64,000 nucleotides of DNA from Zygnema circumcarinatum SAG 698-1b (lineage: Eukaryota > Plantae > Zygnematophyceae): positions 434,001-498,000 of the forward strand of contig CM074821.1 in NCBI GenBank assembly GCA_037447605.1. The letters are read 5' to 3'. Positions 43,586 through 64,000 of the stretch are shown here, one piece after another. Within the stretch, counting starts at the first letter, position 1; each line of letters opens with the position of its first letter. The position numbers and the translations under genes are program-made. The notes under the pieces are model-generated. The model was not told where the DNA came from. It was given only the letters and a program-made list of their open reading frames with translations, and searched no databases.

Positions 43586-45882
43586 CAATGTGCTGCCCGC
43601 TGGACAGCTGGTCAATGTCACGAATTTCAGCAACTGCTCCGTCCTGTATGCCGTGAATGAGGTTCGAGTGTGCCTACACCCAGCAATGTTGCTGCAGTTA
43701 CTTTGCTATCATGACAGCTGCTCCCTCCCTCCCTCCCTCCCTCTTGACCCTCTTCTCCTCTCCCTCCTGTCTCTCTCTCTCCTCTCACACTTCTGTCCTT
43801 ATTCCCCTTCAGGGTGACAGCTGCTCGTCCATTGCGGAGAAGTTCAACATTTCGTCGCTCGCCGGCCGCGACTCGCCCAACCCTGACCTCGACTGCTCCG
43901 CTCTGCAGCCATTTCAGCAGGTGCGGGGGGGCACCCTGCACTCGCATTAGTTAGGTCATTAGACTCACAATTAGTCGCTCATCAGGACAAACTTGCATCT
44001 TCAAAATTCGATTTATTTCGGCGTCCTGGTTGAATACAGGGGAGTGTTCACTCTCTCCAGTTTCTGGAGTTTCTCTCCAGTCTCTCCACAGGAATTGGAC
44101 AGCATGCAGATACAACTTGTTATGTGCATCTTATTCAATGATGTCCTTGTTCGTGGAGACAGCTGACGTATTGACCACTCCGTCAAATCCCTTCATTCGA
44201 CTGTAGAGGTTGCAGGATATATTGAAAAGGGTCCGTTCTAAGAAGCTGCTCTCCTTTCCTTGGGATGATTCTTTACAGGTGTGCATTGAGCGCGGCCCCC
44301 TTGCCTACCCGGGACCCTGCACGTGGCAGTATTTAGTGCCCGCCAATGAGTCGTGCTCCGACATCATCGACACTTACATGGATGGAAACGTGAAAGAGTT
44401 TTACTATTTGAACCCCGGAGTGTACTGCGGCCGCCTGCTCATGGGAGGCAAAGAAAACAAAAATTTCGGGCAGGAGGTGAGGAGGCATTACCCAGCTTGT
44501 CCCCAATTCGTTTTGCGAACTAAAGGGAAGAATACTGAACTGCTACCTGCAAAATTACCGTAAAAATCTAAGAAATAAGCGTCTGTGCCTTACTTGATGG
44601 TTCTGGTGCATGTCACATCACGTTTTGACAGTTGCTCACAAGTCTCTTCATCTCTCCTTCTCCTTGCACGCATAAAGTTATCGGTTCTAGTCCGTTCGCC
44701 TCCAAACTATCGCGAGGGTTCTCTATACTGGTCTGATGCGTTTTCCTGCGTGTTGAACAGAATCGTTTGCCCATGTGAGGTGTCACTGATAGCGTCATGT
44801 GATATGCACGGTGTATGTGTGTGATATGTGCTATGCATGTGTGTTTAGATGAGACATGAACGTGTATGCGTAGGCGTGTGCGTATGCGCATATGTTTATG
44901 TGTATGTGTGTGTGTGTGATGTGTATGTCTCATCTTGTAACGCATCATCACTTTCTGCATCCCTAAGAAAGAAAGGCATTCAGTTCAGTATGCTGATGCG
45001 GCTTGCCTGCCTCTCCCAGGTGTGCCTTCGAGCTGACGACGCGGGAGCCTCAAGAACGTGCACGGGGAAGTCCTACAAGGTCCTCACTACAGACTCGTGC
45101 GCGAGTCTGAAGAAATGCTTCACCAAGAAAGAAACGTTAAAAAAGCTGAACGGATTCGCATGCAAACCCGCCATTCTCAAGAAGCTTGTCACCAAGGGCA
45201 GCAACATGTGCATCCCAAAGCTCTCAACCTGCGCCCCCTAGTGATGATGGAGCCTTCTTCCCTCCGCCCCTTCCTGTCTGCCGAGGACGAGGGCGCCATC
45301 GCAAGAGGGGGACCTGCTCTGCCGCCCTCCAAGAGCGAGCCTCCCGCGAGGCAGCCATTGAGCAGCAGTGACCTAATTTGTGGAGAGGGAGGGAGGGAGG
45401 GAGGGAGGGAGGGAGGGAGGGAGGGAGGGAGGGCCCTTCTGCTCGTGGTTTCCGAAACTTGCGCTATTTCTCGGGTCAAAGTCTAGTTGGGTCAAAACAA
45501 GTCGAGTCAATAAAGTCAATTTGAAGTTGAGTCAATCCTGGCCAAGTTAAGTTGATTCAAGACAAGTCGAGTCAATAAGTCAATTTGAGTCTGGTCAAGT
45601 TGAGTCAAGTCTCAGAAAGAATAAAGTTAAGGTCTATTTTTCAACAAGTAGAGAACCTCTCAATATTTTATCCGAGACAATGATGGAGAAATAAAACGAT
45701 GCCGTTAGTTGATCTCCGGTTGAACTTGAACTCGGAAAGTGGACGCCAAGGTGGACTCAATCTGGTGATCACATGAGGTACCGTAAGGGCGGTTCACTGG
45801 TTTGCTGACGGTTAAACTTCAGAAGTTACACAGGTGGAATCAGAACAACAACAAGCCAGAACAGGTTGAACTTCTGGGGAAA
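43586..45882 (+). repeat. Exact tandem copy of 41279-43575 (period 2307 bp), probable scaffolding artefact
   Basis: All ORFs recur with a constant 2307 offset and identical sequence and microsatellite lengths. The junction is a 10-N gap (43576-43585), and the copy starts inside an exon. Confidence 0.85.
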
Positions 45883-46504
45883 ACTGAAACTGAAGATTGC
45901 ATCTTCTCCTGCCTGAGAAAATGAAATTGTAATTAGTTTGCTGATGATAATAAGTGACTTCTGGGCCATAAAAGAACCACCAGCCCCACTTGGCCCTGAA
46001 CTGAAACTATTTGGAGGCTGCTCTAAAAACCCTAAACCCTTGGTTTCGCAATTTCTTGCAGCCCTGCACGCAACATTGAACATTGTGCCGCATCTGTCAA
46101 CATGAGACATTGTTCGCCTTCCAACAATTTTTTGAAGCCTTTGAGTCAAAGCCGAAAATTCCGCTTCCGCACTAAATCCAAAGCGCCCATGCCGACACGT
46201 GGCGCCATCCGAAGGGGCTTGGTCAAGGCCGCAGGGCTCTGGTTAAATTGACCAAACTCTGGTGACTAACAAAAATGACTAATGTCGTACAAGGATGACT
46301 AGAGTTGAAAAGTCATCCGTACAGTGCCTTCTCGGACGCGCCACGGTTGTTGACGACCGTCCGATGGCCTTCCGCTCCATGTGGCCGCATCTGCGCCCTT
46401 CGCGGCTGAATGTTTAGTTGGGCCTAGGAGCAAGGGATGCCCTCGTTGCTCTTGTTCTATCTGTCGGGTCCATTCTTGAGCACCCATGTTGTTTTTTTGC
46501 TGGC

Positions 46505-46700
46505 CATGTACATGATTTCATGGCATCTCCCATACCTAGGAGGCCAAATGTTGTTGTTGTTGCTATTGTTTCCCATGTGCACGATTTCATGGCATCTCTC
46601 ATCTCTAGGAGACCAAATGTTGTTGTTGTTGTTGTTATTGTTTTCCATGAGCACGATTTCATGGCATCTCTCATCTCTAGGAGACCAAATGTTGTTCAAC
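46505..46700. repeat. Three copies of a 69-72 bp tandem repeat
   Basis: Unit CATGATTTCATGGCATCTC..CTAGGAG.CCAAATG(TTG)n; copies differ in (TTG)n length. Confidence 0.85.
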
Positions 46701-47460
46701 GCCTTTCCTTCTCTCTCAAATCTCATCTCGACCTGCTCGACGAGAGAAACCGCCCTGGCGTACATATTCGTACAGCTGTACAAAACCACCATCGTACGGA
46801 ACGTACACGTTCTGTACAGTACAGTACAGTACTGTACCAAAACAGAACAGAACCGTACATCCTAGATCCTACTGGGAGTGTACGGTTCGTTTTACCGTAC
46901 GGTCTTAGTACCATACTGTACGTAGTGTCGCAACTCGCAACAAACGACAAACCCCTCCCCCCGCCCTGAACCCTGCCCGCCCCCTCCCCACCCTTCCTTC
47001 CCCCCCCCCGCCCTGNNNNNNNNNNCCCCCCCCCCCCCGCCCCCCCCCGGGGCCTAAAACCCCGCGGCCGCCTCCTCTCTCTTTCTCTTTGAGGGCCTTT
47101 CAGAGCCCCTCGTTAGCAGCGCCGCTCTCGCGCCACGTGGCGGAAGGGGATAGGTCCGGGGTCTGACACGTGGCGGAGTTTGAGAAGTGGCACAAGGAGG
47201 CTGTCCACAGGCGCTGCTGCTGCTGCTGCTGCTGCTTATTGGAAAGCAGTCCTTTCTTTTTTTTTTTTTTCCGGTGACCGATTTCCTTTTTTTCGGGAGT
47301 TTGATTGAGCCTGTTTCCTTCCCTGTTTTAGGTGTAGGGTTTCCCCACATCCCCCCCTCTTTTTTTTTCCCCCGGGGACGCTTCAAAACCCGCGGCGATT
47401 CACCTTTTTTTCCTGAACCCTGCTGCTCGGTTTGGAAGGAAAGAAAAAAGTCCCATAACC

Positions 47461-47469
47461 AAACCCTAA
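47461..47469 (+). promoter_or_regulatory. Telo-box (AAACCCTAA) upstream of the PABP start
   Basis: AAACCCTAA lies about 140 bp before the ATG at 47605. Telo-boxes are typical of plant translation-machinery genes. Confidence 0.5.
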
Positions 47470-47580
47470 TTCTCTTGCCCCCCCCTAGACCCATCTTCAT
47501 CCCCAAAGGGGGGTTCAAGACCGCATAACGACAAAAACCCTTGCACTTTTAGCCCCAAATTGTACCCAATCCGGCCCTAG

Positions 47581-53611
<6,031 letters not shown>

Positions 53612-55598
53612 GGAGCTTCATTTCAATGTTCCCACGGTCTCAGTTGGGAGTTTAGTTAAAACGGACAGTTTCACTTAGTTTAAGGGAGAAGAAGAGAAGG
53701 GAGAAGGGAGAAGTAACGCTCGAGGGGTTGACTTAGGAGATCTGTGCACACGAGTTTGTTGGTTCGGTTGGACGGGACTTCAAACTGTGTGGGGAGATGA
53801 CGGGAAGCAGACAGTATTATGAGCGCAATTTTGGTTGTGGAAGAGAGGGAGAGGGAGTGGGATGGGAGGGATGTATGCATTTGGAGCTCCATGGATCCTT
53901 AGTGGAAGAACAGCGGAACTCACTGTTCAGAGACACGGTCTTTGCAGAATTGGACCTCTGACGGCATAAGTTTATAGCTACCGCAGTATGACATTGAAGC
54001 GCGGAGCTGATTGGATACACGCAGGCAGGAGTAGGAGTTTGCAGGGTGGGAGAGGGCGGTTAGATGTGAGGAGAGAGGAGTGCGGGAGAGGGGGGAGCAG
54101 TGGGAGAGACAGTAGGAACAGTTTCGGAGTACCCAGATTGCAGGGCTCCACTTTGGACTTGGAAGGGGAAGTGCAGGTGTGTGCTATACTGCAAAAACTG
54201 CTTTCAGGGTAGAGAAGGTGCCACTTGGCATGTTGTCTTGGGGGGGATGTCATGGCATGGGACAGGACGGGATGGAGAGAGTAACATGGCCCTGATGGGT
54301 CTGCATGGGTTCAGGACAGGTGGTCTTGGATCTCGTTGCTCTGGCGGAATTTTGAAGGAGAGATGAGGATAAGCAGGCCTGGGGATATCAGTAACTCGGT
54401 GTTTATTCTCTCTCAAATTGATGGTGTGTGCGTGTAGCCTGAGGGCTATGCTTGGAAAACGAAATGACCATGTTCTTTTCTGGGCTTCATGCCGTGTTAG
54501 CGCTTCAGGATATTCTCTTTAAGGTTATTTCAGGAGGTTGTGGTTTTGACATGTGTGGTGACTCTTTGTGTTTGGTTCGAGCATGGAAAGGTGGGCAGGC
54601 TGAAATGGTGGGTTTGGAATTCGTGATGTGGCCGATAAAGACCAAATCGAAAACAGACCATATGCCAGAAATGTGGAACTGCCAAGAAATAAATTTATGG
54701 TTGTCGTTGCGACTTTGTGGTCATGGTTCATTTGTGGTTGAGATTGTGGAAGGAAAAGTGTACTGAATTGTTTACCAATTGCTGAACAGTTCGTTTAGAT
54801 GAACGTCCACAATGAAAATTCGAATAACTGGACGTATGCTGAGAGCGGACCAATATGACTAGAGGATCGGGTCTAGGGCAAAACGACCGACGACCGCCGT
54901 ATGGAAGCCCTCATCAAGTCACTACTAGCGTACGCAGTTGAGAAAGTAAAAATTGCCTTCATGAGATTTCTAATATATTGTCAAAACGTCGCCTTAGAGA
55001 TTTAAGAGCAGCTTGACTTAGAGGTGCTACAGTAGAAACTTTACAAAGAAATACGTCAATGAGGGGCCTTCGGACTTGCTTATAGTCACCCAGCCTTTAA
55101 TGAACCAAACATTAGGCCGCCGCATTCTGTGCCCCAGAATTATCGCAGAAAAAGGAACATTTCTATGAAAGAAACAATCACAACGAAGAAATGACCCAGA
55201 ACTTGTAAACCAGTAAAGTAAGAAACAACAAAACAACGACATTCGAAACTCTTTCCTCTCACTCTCACCCCTCCTTTTCCCCCTTCTTCCGCCCACCCCC
55301 CCACCCCCCCAACCCAACCCAACCCAACCCAAATCAAACTCTTAAAAGGCCCCACCCAGCAGTAGCAGCGGGCAGCAGTTAGATCTCCCTCCACCCCCAA
55401 ATGCACATCCCCACACTTGCCACGTGAACACCGTCTCATGTACAGCTCGGACGCGCGCAAAAGGTTAACCTTCAACTCAGCTTTTTGTGATGCTCCCACA
55501 CCTTCCTCCCACAACTCATTCCACTCCGCCCCTTGCCACAGCCCCCGGATAAATCCGAATATCTTTTATCAAGATCTGGATATTCCCACCCCTTCTTA

Positions 55599-60520
<4,922 letters not shown>

Positions 60521-62459
60521 TTAATAAATGCAGAGAAGAGAGCAGGAGGGAAAAGGGGAGAGGAGAGGAGGAGAAACAAGGAGAAGAGAGAGAGAAAGAG
60601 AGAGTGTATGAAAGAGAGAAAAGAATATGTTTTTTTTATGCTTAGGAAGAGAAAACCATCCCGAGCTCAGCCGGGCGGCGATGCAAGCGACAGAGGGAGA
60701 TGAAAGAGGGAGAGAGAGAGAGAGAGCAGCCAAAGCTGCTGCTGAATCGCCGCCAAGCAGGGCCGGTCAGGGGCGCCGCCACCCTCTGTCCTGCGGCGAA
60801 AGAGGGGGAGCAAAAGCAGGCGCCAGCCCTAAATTGAACCGAGTGATGTACGCGCCGCCACATACACGTATGTTGCCCCTCCCAACATCATGGCCTTCGC
60901 CAAATACATCACGTCTTTCGGCGCATACGCGTATGTTGCACAGCTCTACATCACGTTCTTTGGGCCCAAACCTTATGTAGCGAGCGCCGAACGTATGTAC
61001 TGGTGAGTCGGCTTCTGGAACATCACGACCACGCTACATCACATTCGGTGATGTAGCGACTGCTCAGTTTGAAGGGGGGAAAGCGGGAAAAGAAAACCTG
61101 TACGGTGCCACTCCATAGCCCAAAGGGCTGGGAATGTACTCAATCGGACGGCTGTAAGCTGCCGGCGGCGCTGATCGGACGGCTGTTCTTCGTTTCTCAA
61201 GTTCTACTAGGAGAGATCTCCGCGATAAAGAGAATAAAAGCTTTGGTCAGACCTCGATAAAGTCATATTTTAGAGTATTGAAACTGCGAGAATTCCTCCA
61301 CTCTGTCCTCGAGTGTCTTTTCTATGACTGCAGGGAGGGAGGGAGGGGGAGAGAGAGGCGGCTGGAGGGAGGGAGTGAAGGGGAGAGGGAGGAGGGGGAG
61401 GAGGAGAGAGAGAGAGATGTAGGGCACTTATGAGAATGCGGTTTCGTTGTATGGTGTTGTGTTTCTTGGGACCACGACAAGGGCTGCACATGGACATAAG
61501 TTTTGCTTTCTGCTTAGACATGGCTTGACAGCTGGGTATCTGAAAGGACGACAGCTGATGCGCGCTATGGTCCCTGTTCTGTAACAGATCTGGAGCCCTC
61601 ATCGCTATTGAGAAACCCTAAAAATTCATGATATGCCGTTGAGCTTGCATGCCATTCCCGAGCAGCCTGGCCATAGCAGGGACAGGGCCCTCTGTGCTGT
61701 CACAGAGCTTGCAGGGCCCGTCCATGGTGACGTTGCCAGGCCCATTATGGACTTGAGAGAGCTTGAAAGTGATTGCAGTTTTGGGGTGCATTGTCTTTTT
61801 GGCTGAGGTTTTTTATAATTAAGGAAAATTGTCAAAACTTCATTGTATGTGAATAATGGGTTCCGTGCTTGGATTCCCATTAGGGTATCCGAATTGCTTG
61901 CTATGGATTTCGAACCTGGTATCAATCCGTAGTAATCCGCAATTTTCCATTCCATATCGAGAAGCTAAAGTCTGGAGCCTCCCTACTTAGACTCAATTAG
62001 CTGTAGACAGTCCGCTCACAGACAATGTGTTAAACAGAGTGCATATAGAGCAGGCCTACCATCCAGAAAATCCCTACACTATTTCTGCAACATTGCCTCA
62101 TGTCAATTTCCACCCGGCACTCTCTACACGGCTTTAAACCTGCGTAGAATGTACACTACAACTACAAACTGTAACTGCAACTGAAACTGAAACAGTTATC
62201 TCCAAAATTTGCACATCTTCCTCACACCTTGCGCCTGCCTGCGCTTTAGAATTTCGCAAAAGCCGTCTAATTGCCTGCCTGACTGTCGAATTTCAAACTG
62301 GAACTAACAAGGAGACAGTAAGGGACAGCTATGTCCTCATCCTTCACATATAAATTACACCTTGTGCACACTATGTCCCTGTTTCGATGTCCCTGTTCTC
62401 ACTATTCTACTGTTCCTTGATGTGTCCTTATTCACACTATGTCTCTGCTCCTGTTCACA

Positions 62460-63892
62460 CTAAGCCTTCTCAAAACCCTTGTGCCCGGGGTTCATCGTCT
62501 CCCACGCATCCAGCCACATTTCCATCATGTCAGCGAGCAGTAGAAAGTACGAATCCAACTTCACCAGCTCCTCCCGCACCTGCAGTTTGCGTACCTTTCA
62601 TACTTTTAGGGTTTGTGGGGTTCAAAAATGGAGGGCTTCAAGGCTTTCAGAGTTAAAAAAAAAATTGGGCTGTTGAGGTTTAGGGCAGCTATGAAAGGTT
62701 TTGAAACTGACCTTTTGAGCCATCTCTCTGTAGCAGTCCACCACAGTGACGGACTCCGGACTCAGCTTCATGTTCTGCATGCATAGAAAACATGCGTTCC
62801 ATTTAGCACTTTACTGTCCTTTGAGTCAAATCGGAAAAGGAGCGGCATGACATATTTCAAAGTAAGTCAGGAGATTAGGACGCCTTTAGAGTATAGATGA
62901 TCATACAACATCGAGAAAACCCTTGCATGGATATCTTCTCCCACAGCTTAATCGGTTACTGCTAAGACATGCTCTCCTAAACTACGAAGCCCTGCCTACT
63001 TGGATGATGAAATTAGATATTGACAGAGCATTTGCTAAATGCATGGGTGACGTTGTCAAGTACAAATTATGTATGGAAGTAAACAGTGTTATCGATGTCC
63101 TCTATGATGAAACCACTCGTAATCTGAAAGGAGATGGTGCATAGGGAAAGGGGAAGGAGAGAGTGGGAGAGAGCGGGAGAGATACAGAGAGAGACGGGAG
63201 AAAGTAGGAGGGGGCACCTGGAAAAAGGGCACAATGGCTTCTTGCCAGTCAATGCCGTTGACCTCTACCTCCCAATTGGCAAAAGCATTGCTCGCCTTGC
63301 TGTGCCAAATATACGGCTTCCCACTCTTCACTCCCAGCCCCAAGTGGTCGCATATCACCTGCGTCAGGTGTCACCCTCTCGTCAGCTACCATGCCACGTG
63401 GCAGCCTCGAAGGCCCCTTACAGTTCTAGGGTTTTCATCTGAACGGAACGGTTACATGGAACCGTTGTACCGGCGCTCACCTTGGTGCTCCAACCAGCCC
63501 ACATGTCTTCGTAGCGCCCCCATGGAGTGCCCTGCGCAGCCCCAGCGTGTGAATTTGAGAGTGAGTTTGAGGGAGGGAGAGAGGGGAGAGGGAGAGGGAG
63601 AGGGAGAGGGAGAGGGAGAGGNNNNNNNNNNGAGAGGGAGAGGGAGAGGGAGAGGGAGAGGGAGAGGGAGAGGGAGGGAGGGAGGGAAGGAGGGAGGGAG
63701 GGAGAGAGAAGGGGAGGGCAGGAAGGAGGGAGCTATAGAAAGGGGTCAGCCCGATGCATGAGGGCTTGGCCCTAAGTGCACTGCATGAAGTTCCGTGAGT
63801 ATGAGAGCAGGAAAGGTTATAGAAATGGAGCGGAAAAATAAGAATGCTGTTAAAATCTCACCTTTCCCATGAGACCGAAGTACATGCAGGGC
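62460..63892 (-). CDS. RGP: UDP-arabinopyranose mutase / reversibly glycosylated polypeptide, 3' part (5' end beyond the window)
   Basis: Exons 63892-63862 ([10 protein letters not shown]), 63531-63481 ([17 protein letters not shown]), 63358-63218 ([29 protein letters not shown]...[10 protein letters not shown]), 62774-62712 and 62579-62460 (stop). These match the C-terminal half of plant RGP/UAM. Confidence 0.9.
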
Positions 63893-64000
63893 CTGCACCC
63901 CTCCATCCCAATGGCGGAATATTAGTTTTGTCTATTCTCAACATCTATTGTTTTCTTTTCCTACCCCCAACCCTCCTCCCCATATCTTCTTTTTGTTTCC

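Noticed and set aside
45826-46149. Minus-strand ORF between the LysM and PABP genes
   Set aside because: No recognisable motif or consistent exon chain.
61626-61955. 109-aa minus-strand ORF downstream of RGP
   Set aside because: No homology recognised; may be 3' UTR or intergenic sequence.

Overview
Intron-rich eukaryotic draft-assembly window with GT-AG introns, abundant GA/CT microsatellites and about ten N gaps. Gene content and style suggest a streptophyte green alga, probably Zygnematophyceae such as Closterium (inference). Hand-spliced genes with phase-consistent exons: (1) a minus-strand locus at 106-9279 with two parallel LRRNT + 3x72-nt LRR + LRR/Cys-rich EGF-like modules separated by an extensin-type (SPPP)n exon whose true frame is missing from the ORF track; (2) a GDSL esterase/lipase; (3) a glycerophosphodiester phosphodiesterase; (4) an organellar monodehydroascorbate reductase; (5) a 4xLysM protein, partly repeated by a probable assembly artefact; (6-7) two divergent poly(A)-binding protein genes arranged tail-to-tail; (8) the 3' end of a UDP-arabinopyranose mutase/RGP gene. 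Non-genic structure: a 2-kb palindromic 43-bp satellite filling one intron, a three-layer nested transposon (MULE-like > hAT-like with perfect 8-bp TSD > Ty3/Gypsy gag-protease relic), and a 2.3-3.6 kb inverted duplication that places homologous upstream regions in front of both the LRR-extensin gene and the LysM gene. No rRNA, tRNA or CRISPR array was seen.
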